This document shows, in pieces, positions 31,054 through 41,623 of a stretch of DNA of 64,000 nt (the stretch's first letter is position 1; each line of letters opens with the position of its first letter). The position numbers and the translations under genes are program-made. The stretch spans positions 1,984,001 to 2,048,000 of the forward strand of contig CAXXTU010000002.1 in assembly GCA_963662655.2 (NCBI GenBank), in the 5' to 3' direction. Source of the DNA: Candidatus Cloacimonadales bacterium. GTDB taxonomy: Bacteria > Cloacimonadota > Cloacimonadia > Cloacimonadales > JAIOQZ01. The notes beneath the pieces are model-generated. The model was given only the letters and a program-made list of their open reading frames with translations, did not search any database and was not told the origin of the DNA.

Positions 31054-33354
31054 ATGGATACGAAATATCGCATCTTGATGATCGAAGATTCGCAGATATT
31101 CCATAAAATCATCTCCATTATGTTGCGCAGCAATGAGATGTTTACCTTCGAGATCGACTGGAAGGAGACCCTGACCGACGGCATCGAAGCGCTCAGTCAA
31201 CCCGATGCACACTACGACACAATTCTTCTCGATCTGGAACTGCCCGACAGTCAGGGAACCCATACGCTGGAGAAGCTCGTATCCTATCAATTCAACGTTC
31301 CCATTATCGTTGTCAGCGGAGCCGGGAAGGAACAGATTCTGGTGCAGACGGTACAATTGGGAGCTCAGGATTTCCTCCCCAAGGATCAACTGAACAAACT
31401 TCTGCTGGTCAAATCGATCTTGTATTCCATCGAAAAGCGGAAACTCCAGAAGGAGATCGAGGCTCAGAACGAATCCATCAGGAGCCGGGAAAAGAAATTC
31501 AGAACCATCGCCCAGAGCAGTTCCGACGGCATTGTCGTGGTCGATTCCAGCCTCCATATCCTTTTCCTGAACTCCGCGGCCTTGAAAATGATGCATTTTG
31601 ACAAAGGGGCAGTCATCGGGCAAAAATTCGGCTTCGATTTCGACGACCAGGGGCCGTTTGAAGTGGAAATTCCCAACGACGACGGGACCAGGGCCATCAT
31701 GGAAATGAAATCCTCCGTAACGAGCTGGAACTCCACGGACGATCGACTCATTACGATCAGGGACATCACGTCGCGTAAAAAGACCGAACAAGCGCTGGAG
31801 GAAAACCTGACGTTCGTGAACGAGCTGCTCGAAAGCATACCGAACCCGGTTTATTTCAAGAATGTGCAAGGGTATTACATTGGCTGCAACAAACATTTTG
31901 AACAAATCGCGGGTATGCCCCGGGAAGAGATCATCGGTAAAACGGTCTTCGATATCCTTGAATTCAAAAAAGCTTCCTTTCTGGCTCAAAAGGATCAGGA
32001 ATTATTGAAGAACCCGGGTAAGCAAGTTTTTGAAACCATCCTTACCGATAAACTTGGGATCATGCGGCACGTGATGTTCATCAAGGCGACCTTCAAACGC
32101 AAGGGCAGCGAAATCGGCGGCATCATCAGCATGATTATCGATATCTCCGAGCGCGTCCAGAACCAGGAAAAATTTTTCACCATCTTTCACGGCAATCCCG
32201 ATCCGATTGTCATCAGCAACTATCACAACGGAGAAATCGCGGAGGCCAACGAAGCCTTCATGGCGATGATGGGTTACTCTCGTGAAGAATTGATCGGCAA
32301 CAAACTCGATGCGATCGGATTCTGGGCAGATCAAAATGACAGGAATGAAATCTTCAACGATCTGGAAAACACGAAGAGAATTCGCTCCAAGAAAATCCTG
32401 CTTCAGGATAAAGACAACAACATGAGGCAAGTTTTGAGTTCGATAGATATTATCAACTTCGGGTACGAGCCTCATCTTATCATTATCTGCAAAGACATTA
32501 CGGAGCAGAAAAAGCTCGAGGATCAGCTCTTCCACGCCCAGAAGATGGAATCCGTGGGGCGTCTCGCAGCCGGAATCGCCCACGAGATCAATACTCCCAT
32601 CCAGTACGTTCACGACAACATCGATTTCCTGAACGAGTCTTTCGAGAGCTTCGTCGAGCTCATCAACCAGCTCAACGCTCATATAGAGACTCAACCGCAA
32701 GAAGGCGTCTCCGAAGGCTTGCGCCAGCTTCAGGCAATGCAGGAAGAAAAGGATATCCAGTTCCTGATCGACGAGATTCCCGAATCAATTAAGCAGTCCA
32801 TGGAGGGGATCGACCGGGTCACGAGAATCGTGCGAGCCATGAAGAACTTCACGCATCCGGGCATCGAGAACAAGGTGGCCCTGAACATTAACAATGCAAT
32901 CGAATCCACCATTACCGTTGCGCGAAACGAATGGAAGTACGTAGCGGAAATCGTCACGGACTTCAATCCGGATATCCCTCGAATCTTGTGTTACGAAGGG
33001 GATATGAAACAGGTGATCCTGAATCTGATCGTCAATGCGGCCCATGCGGTCGGAGAGAAGAAAAAAACATACGGATTCGCGAATTCGAAAGGAACTATCG
33101 AAATTAAAACGGATTTTAACGAAGATTCGGCATTTATAGTAATTTCCGATAATGGCTCAGGAATCCCTGATAAAGCGCAAAGCCACATCTTCGAGCCTTT
33201 TTTTACAACAAAAGAAGTGGGAATTGGTACTGGTCAAGGACTCGCTATTGTTTATAATATTATAGTAAAAAAACACCGTGGTAAAATCAGCTTTGAATCA
33301 AAAGTTGGTGAAGGCACACGATTCGTAATTGAGTTGCCTGTCTCAGGCGATTAA
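31054..33354 (+). CDS. Soluble REC-multi-PAS histidine kinase
   Basis: IEDS...LDLELPD, three PAS-like segments ending DIT/DIS, AAGIAHEINTP, ARNEWKYV, GTGQGL. Confidence 0.92.
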   Translation: MDTKYRILMIEDSQIFHKIISIMLRSNEMFTFEIDWKETLTDGIEALSQPDAHYDTILLDLELPDSQGTHTLEKLVSYQFNVPIIVVSGAGKEQILVQTVQLGAQDFLPKDQLNKLLLVKSILYSIEKRKLQKEIEAQNESIRSREKKFRTIAQSSSDGIVVVDSSLHILFLNSAALKMMHFDKGAVIGQKFGFDFDDQGPFEVEIPNDDGTRAIMEMKSSVTSWNSTDDRLITIRDITSRKKTEQALEENLTFVNELLESIPNPVYFKNVQGYYIGCNKHFEQIAGMPREEIIGKTVFDILEFKKASFLAQKDQELLKNPGKQVFETILTDKLGIMRHVMFIKATFKRKGSEIGGIISMIIDISERVQNQEKFFTIFHGNPDPIVISNYHNGEIAEANEAFMAMMGYSREELIGNKLDAIGFWADQNDRNEIFNDLENTKRIRSKKILLQDKDNNMRQVLSSIDIINFGYEPHLIIICKDITEQKKLEDQLFHAQKMESVGRLAAGIAHEINTPIQYVHDNIDFLNESFESFVELINQLNAHIETQPQEGVSEGLRQLQAMQEEKDIQFLIDEIPESIKQSMEGIDRVTRIVRAMKNFTHPGIENKVALNINNAIESTITVARNEWKYVAEIVTDFNPDIPRILCYEGDMKQVILNLIVNAAHAVGEKKKTYGFANSKGTIEIKTDFNEDSAFIVISDNGSGIPDKAQSHIFEPFFTTKEVGIGTGQGLAIVYNIIVKKHRGKISFESKVGEGTRFVIELPVSGD

Positions 33355-33370
33355 AAAGTCAGGATACGTC

Positions 33371-36300
33371 ATGAGTAAAAAAGATATTCAGATTTTGTTG
33401 ATAGAGCATAATGAGACGGAGATACAGAAGACAAAGACGATGCTCTGCTCGATAGGGAATTTCCCGTACGATCTAACGCTCGCAACATCCCTGGATGAGG
33501 CGGGTAAATACCTAACGACCAGCAACTTCGACGTCATTTTGCTCGCTACGGAACTTCCTGACAGCGTTGGTAACGAATCCTTCACCCGGCTGATAAAAAG
33601 CAAGACGAAAATCCCCATAATCATACTCGCATACACGCTTAACGAATCCCTCGCGATCGACGCGCTACGCCAAGGCGCTCAGAACTATCACGTAAAGAAC
33701 GAAATTGACGGATCGGACCTAGTAAAATCAATAATTTACGCGATTGAAAGAAATGCCCTGCGCATCGAGCTCGAAGAGAAGACCATTGCCTTGCAGAAGA
33801 GCGAAGAACGCTTCCGCATGATCGTCGAAAACAATAAGGACGCCTTCCTGATCGTCAGCAAGGACAACACGATTATGTTCTCCAATCCGGCGGCCCGGTC
33901 GTTCTTCGGCGCCTCCGAAGATGAATTGCTCGGGCAGACGTTCTCGACATCCGACGGTGAATTCCTGGATATCGAGCACCCGGACGGCAAGATTCACCAC
34001 GGCAACGTGACCTCCTTCGAAGTCGAGTGGCAGCACAATCCGGTAAAGATCGTGGCGATTCATGACATCACGGAGAGCAAGGAGTCCCAGAAGAAACTCG
34101 AGGAGAGCCAGAAGAAATACTCGGATCTTGTCGAGCAGCTCCAGGAAGGTATATGGTTGTTGGACGAAAACCTTAGAACCGTTTTTGCCAACCCGAGCCT
34201 GTGCAAGATGTTCGGGTACGATCTCAAGTCGATCATCGGCAAAAGACCGAAGGATTTTGTTTCGGAAACTTCCCAGGATCCCTGCGACGCCTTCTCTTTC
34301 AGACTGAAAGAGGGGATTACAGAGCGGATAGAGCTATTGTTCATCCGCAAGAACGGATCCGAGTTCTGCACATCGATCTCGACATCACCGGTGCACGACG
34401 AACAGGGAAACTTCGCGGGAGCTTTGGCATCCGTTCAGGATATTACGAAGGAAAAGCAGATACGTAATCAGCAGAGATTGATTCTGGAAATCCTTTCCAT
34501 CCTGAACCGGCACAACCTCTGGAAGTACCTGATTCGCGATATCCTCATCGAGATTCGAAAGGAGACCCAGTTCTCCACCATCGGCATCCGGCTCGAGCAA
34601 GAAGATGAGAAGCCTTATATCGAAGTACTGGGCGAGAGATCTCGATCTCGCATGCTGTTGGAGTGCGAGCATTGCGATTTCAAACAGCCGGATGGAGTAA
34701 GGAACCATATTGATTCATCCCGCTGCCTCTATGGTCTTGTTTTGCACCGCAGATTGCAGGATTATCCCAAAAATTCAACACCCTTTGGCAGCTTCTGGAC
34801 GAACGACCTCGACGATTTCTTTCTGATAGCGGATCCGACTCTCAAAGAGTACCTCCAGCATCTCAGAAAAAACGGAATTATGGATAAAACATACGCGCTT
34901 ATTCCGGTGCTTAACGAAGACAAGGTCATCGGAATCATACAATTGAGCGACGAGGAACCAAACCGGTTGAACGTTGAAACCATAAAATTCTTCGAGGAAA
35001 TCGCATCGTCGGTCAGTATCGCCTTCAAGCGCATGCAGGCGGAACAGGAGCTCATTCGGGAAAGAAATCGCGCTACGGAATACTTCAACCTTGCCCCCGT
35101 TATCATGCTTGTTCTGGGGCGGGATCAGCTTGTTAAGAAGATAAACCGGATGGGATGTATAATCCTCGAGGGACTCGAAGACGAGATTGTGGGAAAAAAC
35201 TGGTTCGACCACTTCATTCCATATTCTCACAGGGAAATGATGCGAAACAAATTCATCGAGATGATGGATTCCTCAAACGTGTATTCAGAGGCTATTGATT
35301 TCTTCCCCGAAGGCAACATGAATCCGATGGTTTCTCTCAAGGGAACACTCAGGGAACTCCGCTGGCACAATACGCTTTTGTTTGACTCCAGCGGCAACGT
35401 TACCGGCACGCTCAGCTCGGCGGAGGATCTGACAGAGCGAATTGAAGCGGAGAACGCCCGCAGGCAGAGCGAAGAGAAGTTCTTCAAGATATTCCGCTAC
35501 AATCCCGATGCGATTTGCATCGCTCAGGCCGACTGCGCAAGAATCAAGGACGCCAACGAGGCATTCCTCGAAATGTTCGGCTACACCCGGGAGGAGCTTT
35601 TCAATCCCAATTTCGACGCATGCAATATCTGGGTGAATCCCAAGGACAGGGAAGCCGTGCTGGCATTGCTGAAGTCCGAGGGGCAGGCTTCCACTCAGGA
35701 AATCCGCTTCCGGAACAAGGCAGGCGAGGAACGGATATCTCTTAGCTCGTTCCAGTTGATTAAACTGGAAGGCGAGAACAACCTCCTCTCGATTTTCCGC
35801 GATATCACCGAGCGCAGAAAGCTGGAAGATCACTTGAGGCAAGCCCAGAAGATGGAAGCGATCGGCACTCTTGCAGGAGGCATCGCGCACGACTTCAACA
35901 ACATTCTCTCCGTTATTGTGGGGTACGCCGAACTGGCCATGACCTCCATCCCCGAAAACAGCCGTGCCCTGAGGGACATGAAAGAAGTGATCATCGGGAG
36001 TTCCAGAGCAAAAGAACTCGTGCAACAGATTCTCACGTTCAGTCGTGAAACCGAGCAAAAAAAAGCCCCCCTTCAACTGGGTCTGATCATCAAAGAGGCT
36101 TTGAAGATGCTCCGGGCCTCGATCCCTTCCACCATCGCGATCAGAAGGTACATCACGACAAAGAATTTCATTTTCGCCGACCCGACCCAGATGCACCAGA
36201 TCATCATGAACCTCTGCACGAACTCGTTTCACGCGATGGAAGATACGGGAGGCACGATTTCGGTCGAGTTTGACGACATTCACTACGACGACCTGCCGGA

Positions 36301-36985
36301 TCAGATCAGGCCGAACCTGAAAGAGAGCGAATACGTCAAGCTGACCATCAAGGACGATGGCCCAGGCATCCCGGTCGATTTGCAGGAAAGAATTTTCGAG
36401 CCCTATTTCACCACAAAGAAAAAAGGCAAGGGTACCGGCTTGGGGCTTGCAATCGTCTCAGGCATCGTCAAGAATCATAACGGCGGAATTCACCTCGTAA
36501 GCAATAGAAATCAGGGCACGAAGTTCGAGATATTCTTCCCGGTTTTTAAAGGGGAAGCCAAGGAACTTTACGGCAAGGATCAAGCTCCGGAAATCCAGAC
36601 AACGCCGGCGAGAATTCTGTTTGTGGACGATGAAATCTCCATCGTCAAACTGCACGAGAAGCACCTGCGCAAGAAGGGCTATCAGGTGATATCCACCTCA
36701 TCGAGCCTGGAAGCGCTTCAATGGGTCAACGAGGAACCATCTAAATTCGATCTGGTGATCACCGATCTCACCATGCCCAAATTGACAGGGATCGAACTGG
36801 CCAGAAAGGTGCTGGCAGTGCGGCCGGACATACCCATCATCCTATGTACCGGGTATACCGAGAAGTTGACCAAAGAGGACATAAAACGCTCTGGAATAAA
36901 AGAGTTAATGTTCAAGCCGGTAATCATTAGCGATTTGATCCATACCATCGAGAAATCTCTCGTTCGCCACACACCCAGTAAATAA
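33371..36985 (+). CDS. Large hybrid kinase (pseudo-REC, PAS x2, GAF, PAS x2, HisKA, HATPase, REC)
   Basis: GGIAHDFNN, NLCTNS, DDGPG, GTGLGL, C-terminal VDDE...TDLTMP...FKP. Confidence 0.9.
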   Translation: MSKKDIQILLIEHNETEIQKTKTMLCSIGNFPYDLTLATSLDEAGKYLTTSNFDVILLATELPDSVGNESFTRLIKSKTKIPIIILAYTLNESLAIDALRQGAQNYHVKNEIDGSDLVKSIIYAIERNALRIELEEKTIALQKSEERFRMIVENNKDAFLIVSKDNTIMFSNPAARSFFGASEDELLGQTFSTSDGEFLDIEHPDGKIHHGNVTSFEVEWQHNPVKIVAIHDITESKESQKKLEESQKKYSDLVEQLQEGIWLLDENLRTVFANPSLCKMFGYDLKSIIGKRPKDFVSETSQDPCDAFSFRLKEGITERIELLFIRKNGSEFCTSISTSPVHDEQGNFAGALASVQDITKEKQIRNQQRLILEILSILNRHNLWKYLIRDILIEIRKETQFSTIGIRLEQEDEKPYIEVLGERSRSRMLLECEHCDFKQPDGVRNHIDSSRCLYGLVLHRRLQDYPKNSTPFGSFWTNDLDDFFLIADPTLKEYLQHLRKNGIMDKTYALIPVLNEDKVIGIIQLSDEEPNRLNVETIKFFEEIASSVSIAFKRMQAEQELIRERNRATEYFNLAPVIMLVLGRDQLVKKINRMGCIILEGLEDEIVGKNWFDHFIPYSHREMMRNKFIEMMDSSNVYSEAIDFFPEGNMNPMVSLKGTLRELRWHNTLLFDSSGNVTGTLSSAEDLTERIEAENARRQSEEKFFKIFRYNPDAICIAQADCARIKDANEAFLEMFGYTREELFNPNFDACNIWVNPKDREAVLALLKSEGQASTQEIRFRNKAGEERISLSSFQLIKLEGENNLLSIFRDITERRKLEDHLRQAQKMEAIGTLAGGIAHDFNNILSVIVGYAELAMTSIPENSRALRDMKEVIIGSSRAKELVQQILTFSRETEQKKAPLQLGLIIKEALKMLRASIPSTIAIRRYITTKNFIFADPTQMHQIIMNLCTNSFHAMEDTGGTISVEFDDIHYDDLPDQIRPNLKESEYVKLTIKDDGPGIPVDLQERIFEPYFTTKKKGKGTGLGLAIVSGIVKNHNGGIHLVSNRNQGTKFEIFFPVFKGEAKELYGKDQAPEIQTTPARILFVDDEISIVKLHEKHLRKKGYQVISTSSSLEALQWVNEEPSKFDLVITDLTMPKLTGIELARKVLAVRPDIPIILCTGYTEKLTKEDIKRSGIKELMFKPVIISDLIHTIEKSLVRHTPSK

Positions 36986-37077
36986 CACTGAAAGTGATTC
37001 TTTTTTTTCTTATTCCATGACCATTTTTGTTTACAATGAACATGGAATGTATTATCATTTATTGGACGGAAAAAAGC

Positions 37078-38745
37078 ATGAACAGGAAAACACAAAAACA
37101 CGCAGAAACATTGATGATGATGTTGTATGATCCAGATCGTAAAATCAATCTGGACTGGGAATGGATAACACGGGACACGGGGGTCCATATCACTGCATTG
37201 GAGGCCCCCGAAGCTACCGACGAGAATCCTCCCGGGGGCAAACCTCACTTGATAATCCTGCATGAGGATCACCACCAAAAAATCAGAACCCTGTTTGAAG
37301 ATTCTTCTCCCCGGCTTTTCGTTTACTCGGACAATCGGGAAGATGAAGCGTTTGAACGGGCGTACAGGCTTGGAGCGAGCCAGGTAGACTCCCTCGATTC
37401 ATCGTCGATGTGCCTCAAACGCAATCTCGCGAGCTACATCAAAAGGATTCAACTGGAAGAGCAGATCGCGTCGCTTGACCGCAGGCTCGAGTACGCGACG
37501 TACAACCAGCATTTGATTTCGCACATCGCAACCTCTCTCAACGGTATTCAGGACTTTTCACGAGAAATCCTCAATCTGCTGGACGTCCTCCTTTTCTCCA
37601 TCGATCTCGACCTCATTATCGTCAACCGGGCGATCGGCACTGCATGCGGCGACGGCAAATCCGATTTTATCATACGGAGCAAGGCGGATGACCATTCAAT
37701 TGCCCAGAAGCTCGATATGACCAATTTCAACAAGATTCTCAATACAACCGAGATCGATAGCCAGATCGTTCTTCATCGCTCCACGACGAAAGATCAATCC
37801 GTGCTCGACGCGCTTCAATCGATCGGCATCGAATCGATAAACATGTGTCCGCTCCAGACACGCAAATGCCTCCTGGGATCCATTCTGTTCGCCACGCGGA
37901 AAGAAACCGCCTGGAACTCCGAGATGAACGACCTCTTCATGACGGTTTCAAGTCTGATCGCCAACACATGGGAAAAGGACATGAGTATTTACCAGCGAAT
38001 AGATGCTCAAGCAAAGTTGACCGAATCGGTAAGAATGGTGGAACAGGCTTCGAAGATGGCGTCGCTGGGCATCATGTCTGCGGGCATCACCCACGAGATC
38101 AATCAACCGCTCAGCGCGATCAAGGTCACTGCCGAGAGCATTCAGCTCTGGGCGGACAGCCACCCGGGAGAGCTACCCGAGAAATTCATCAAACGCATCG
38201 GAATGATCAACCAGAGCGCTTCCCGCATCGATAAAATCATCCGTCACATGCGCACCAACTGGATTTCCGCTACCCCCGACGAACTCGTCAACATAGAAGT
38301 GAACGAAGCAATCAAGGACGCTCTTACACTCCTCGAGAAGCAGGCGGAATCGCATGGTATCGACCTTTTCCTTCAGTTCGATCAGAAGAAATCGATGATA
38401 CAGGGCGTTAATATCCAGTTCGAACAAATCATCGTGAATCTCATCATCAACGCGATTCATGCCCTGGACGACGTTGATCGATCCAAGAAGATATTGACAA
38501 TTTCCACCCGGAAACGCGAGGATATCGTTATCATCACGGTTGAAGACAATGGAACCGGATTTACACCCGAAGTTTTGAGAAGCATGTTTGAGCCATTCTT
38601 CACGACCAAGAGCGCCGGAAAAGGAAGCGGTCTGGGACTGGCAATCGTGAAGAACTTCGTCTTGAAATTCAATGGAAGCATCCAGGCTGAGAACGTTCCC
38701 GAGGGTGGCGCAAGATTTATAATTGAACTGCCGATAAAGCAATAA
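37078..38745 (+). CDS. Histidine kinase with degenerate receiver-like and GAF-like input regions
   Basis: AGITHEINQP, NLIINA, DNGTG, GSGLGL; start codon uncertain (37027-37078). Confidence 0.85.
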   Translation: MNRKTQKHAETLMMMLYDPDRKINLDWEWITRDTGVHITALEAPEATDENPPGGKPHLIILHEDHHQKIRTLFEDSSPRLFVYSDNREDEAFERAYRLGASQVDSLDSSSMCLKRNLASYIKRIQLEEQIASLDRRLEYATYNQHLISHIATSLNGIQDFSREILNLLDVLLFSIDLDLIIVNRAIGTACGDGKSDFIIRSKADDHSIAQKLDMTNFNKILNTTEIDSQIVLHRSTTKDQSVLDALQSIGIESINMCPLQTRKCLLGSILFATRKETAWNSEMNDLFMTVSSLIANTWEKDMSIYQRIDAQAKLTESVRMVEQASKMASLGIMSAGITHEINQPLSAIKVTAESIQLWADSHPGELPEKFIKRIGMINQSASRIDKIIRHMRTNWISATPDELVNIEVNEAIKDALTLLEKQAESHGIDLFLQFDQKKSMIQGVNIQFEQIIVNLIINAIHALDDVDRSKKILTISTRKREDIVIITVEDNGTGFTPEVLRSMFEPFFTTKSAGKGSGLGLAIVKNFVLKFNGSIQAENVPEGGARFIIELPIKQ

Positions 38746-38763
38746 CCAGCAAACGGAGTGATT

Positions 38764-39261
38764 ATGAACAATATGCGAATAATGATCATCGATGACGATC
38801 AGGGCCATCTAACAAGCCTGGAAGACGCATTATCGCTGAACGATTACGATGTACAAGCCTTCCTCAATCCCATCGAGGCGGTCGAGGTATACAAATCCGA
38901 AAATTTCGATGTCGTCATCACGGATTACAAAATGCCCCAGATGGATGGAATCCAGGTTCTCAAAGCGGTAAAAAAATTCAATCCCGACGCATACGTTCTG
39001 ATCATGACAGGGTTCGCCAATAAGGATAATGCGATTGATGCGGTGAATCACGGAGCATACTTTTTCTTCAGGAAGCCGATCGATCTGCGCAGAGTTTACA
39101 GCACGCTGGAGAAAATCGAAAACGAGATCCGAGAGCGCCGCGAAGAGCTGAGCCTGATTGCCTTCGCGAAAGAGTATAAGAAACTCAAAGGTCTGCTTCA
39201 ATCATTCGATCAAATAAAAAATGAAATTTCAACCCTTCACGGAGATAAACATGAGAAATGA
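38764..39261 (+). CDS. Receiver-domain protein with short C-terminal helical tail
   Basis: IDDD...TDYKMP...MTG...RKP. Confidence 0.88.
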   Translation: MNNMRIMIIDDDQGHLTSLEDALSLNDYDVQAFLNPIEAVEVYKSENFDVVITDYKMPQMDGIQVLKAVKKFNPDAYVLIMTGFANKDNAIDAVNHGAYFFFRKPIDLRRVYSTLEKIENEIRERREELSLIAFAKEYKKLKGLLQSFDQIKNEISTLHGDKHEK

Positions 39262-41599
39262 AGATCAAGAAATGTTGCAGTCTTTCGTCATCGAAGCAAC
39301 GGAAATGCTTGATGAAGTAGAACCATACCTCATTAACCTGCAAGAAGCGATACAGTCGGACGAGCGCCTGGACAGTGAAATCCTCAATTCGATTTTCAGG
39401 CTGTTCCACACCATCAAAGGCACCTCCGGCTTCTTCAATCTTCACAACATGCAGGGAATAACCCACGAGGCGGAAACGCTTCTTGATCTTTATCGAAAAG
39501 AAAAGATGGATCTGAACGATCAACAGGCAACGCTGTTTTTCAAAACGATCGATCTACTGCGAAAGATTTTAGCCACCGTCGAGACATCTTTCCATGATCA
39601 GGGATACGAAATGGAGGCAGGAGAATTGGTGAAGCTTTTCAATACCGCAAGCTCAGAGGATAACCGTGGCGCGAAATCCGAGCCGACGATCGTCGAAGAA
39701 CCGAAGAAATCGGATTCAGAGAAGAAGCCCCAGCCCAAGCCAGCGATCTCTATCGACATCAAGGATGAGCTCATGGAGCCATTCATCCAGGAAGCAATCG
39801 AAATTCTCGATGAAGCGGAACAAAATTTGATGATGCTGGAAGAAAACCCCGACGATGCCGATGTATTGCAGAAGATATTCCGCGGGATTCATACCTTCAA
39901 AGGCAACTGCGGCATCTTCGGAATGGACGAGCTCGAACGCTTGAGCCACCGCACCGAGACGGTTCTCGATTTCATGAGAAATGGAGCGAGGAAGGATTAC
40001 GGCGCAAACATCCGCATGATCCTGAAGCTGATCAGCGTTTTCCAGGATTCGATTGTCCGGATTCAAAACGGCGAAGACGGAGAGATTCAGGGAATCGACG
40101 GGATGATGTTCCTGCTCGACGAAACAATCAGCGAACTTGAGGAAGAGGTCCCCGAGCGGTCGATTCAACCGGGAAAGAAGAAGGAAGAAGCTCCCGTTGT
40201 TTATGATGAACCGGAGCCCGAGCCAGAACCGGAGATTGAGCCGGAGATCGAGGCTGAACCGGAACCGGAGCCGGAGAAGAAAGTAGTTACGCCAGCCCCT
40301 GTGGCCGAAGCCCCGAAGCCCAAGCCCGAGCCGAAGCTGAAACCGATAAAAAATAAGGACTCCGCCATCGACATGTTGAGCAAATCCTCCGGAGGCCGCC
40401 AAACAGTCGATCCGATGAAATCGTCCGTCGTACAACAATCGATCCGCATCGACATCGACAAGGTCGACAAACTCGTCGACTGGGTCGGCGAATTGTCCAT
40501 TGCCGAGCTGATGGTAACACAAAACCCGGTCCTTCGTCATCTGGAAAAGAAATACATCCGCATCTTCGACCAGTCCGCCCTTAACCTCCGCAGGATCATC
40601 ACCGAGATCCAGAGCCTCTCCTTATCCCTGCGCATGCTGCCCATCGCAGGAACCTTCAAGAAGATGCTTCGCCTGGTGCATGACCTCTCGCACAAGGCGG
40701 GTAAGAAGATCCGCCTGAAGATCGTCGGCGAAGAGACCGAAGTGGACAAGGGCGTTATCGACCTGATCGGCGATCCTCTTGTGCACATTATCAGAAACTC
40801 GATCGACCACGGCATCGAGCCCCCAGACGAGCGCATTAAAGCCGGCAAGGAAGAAATGGGAACCATCGTCCTGGAAGCCCGGCATGAGAGCGGCGAGGTC
40901 TGGATTGTGGTTCAGGACGACGGTAGAGGCCTGAATCGCGAGAAGATACTCTCCAAGGCCATCGAGAGGGGTCTTGTAAGCGAGGACCTCACCGAGGAGC
41001 TTACGGACCAGGACGTCTACAAGATGATCTTCCTGCCGGGATTCTCCACCGCTGACCAGATTACCGAGATTTCGGGACGGGGCGTCGGAATGGATGTGGT
41101 AAAGAAGAACCTCGAGAAAATCAAGGGCCGCATCGACGTGGAATCCAATCCGGGGAAAGGGACGACGATTCTTCTGCGAATCCCGCTGACGATGGCATTG
41201 ATCGAGGGTATGCAGATCATGGTCGGCATCAAGCGATACATCATTCCCCTACTCTCGATCAGGGAATTCTTCCAGCCGGTTCGTGACGACATCACCCAAA
41301 TGCCCGACGGCGAAGAAGTGTGCAACGTTCGTGGCGAGCTGATACCTGTCATCAGACTCCACAAGAAATACAAGATCAAGGCCAAGCACGAGCGCATCGA
41401 AGACGGCGTGCTTATCGTGATCAACTTCCACGGCAAGGCTTTCTGCCTGTTTGTCGATCAGATCATTGGCCAGATGCAAGCTGTGATCAAAGCCATTCCA
41501 AACTACTTTGGCACGACGGAGGGGATTTCGGGATTCACCATTCTTGGCGACGGAACCGTATGCCCCATCCTCGATCTTGCATCGCTTACAGCAAAATAA
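39251..41599 (+). CDS. cheA: Chemotaxis histidine kinase CheA with two Hpt domains
   Basis: FRLFHTIKG and FRGIHTFKG, SIRID...D.L, HIIRNSIDHGIE, GRGVGMDVV, C-terminal CheW-like P5. Confidence 0.96.
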   Translation: MRNEDQEMLQSFVIEATEMLDEVEPYLINLQEAIQSDERLDSEILNSIFRLFHTIKGTSGFFNLHNMQGITHEAETLLDLYRKEKMDLNDQQATLFFKTIDLLRKILATVETSFHDQGYEMEAGELVKLFNTASSEDNRGAKSEPTIVEEPKKSDSEKKPQPKPAISIDIKDELMEPFIQEAIEILDEAEQNLMMLEENPDDADVLQKIFRGIHTFKGNCGIFGMDELERLSHRTETVLDFMRNGARKDYGANIRMILKLISVFQDSIVRIQNGEDGEIQGIDGMMFLLDETISELEEEVPERSIQPGKKKEEAPVVYDEPEPEPEPEIEPEIEAEPEPEPEKKVVTPAPVAEAPKPKPEPKLKPIKNKDSAIDMLSKSSGGRQTVDPMKSSVVQQSIRIDIDKVDKLVDWVGELSIAELMVTQNPVLRHLEKKYIRIFDQSALNLRRIITEIQSLSLSLRMLPIAGTFKKMLRLVHDLSHKAGKKIRLKIVGEETEVDKGVIDLIGDPLVHIIRNSIDHGIEPPDERIKAGKEEMGTIVLEARHESGEVWIVVQDDGRGLNREKILSKAIERGLVSEDLTEELTDQDVYKMIFLPGFSTADQITEISGRGVGMDVVKKNLEKIKGRIDVESNPGKGTTILLRIPLTMALIEGMQIMVGIKRYIIPLLSIREFFQPVRDDITQMPDGEEVCNVRGELIPVIRLHKKYKIKAKHERIEDGVLIVINFHGKAFCLFVDQIIGQMQAVIKAIPNYFGTTEGISGFTILGDGTVCPILDLASLTAK
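40208..40276 (+). repeat. Imperfect 6-bp tandem repeat encoding the Glu-Pro linker of CheA
   Basis: GAACCG GAGCCC GAGCCA GAACCG GAGATT GAGCCG... = EPEPEPEPEIEPEIEAEPEPEPE. Confidence 0.7.
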
Positions 41600-41623
41600 A
41601 TCAGTAACGTCAAGGAGGTCTTC

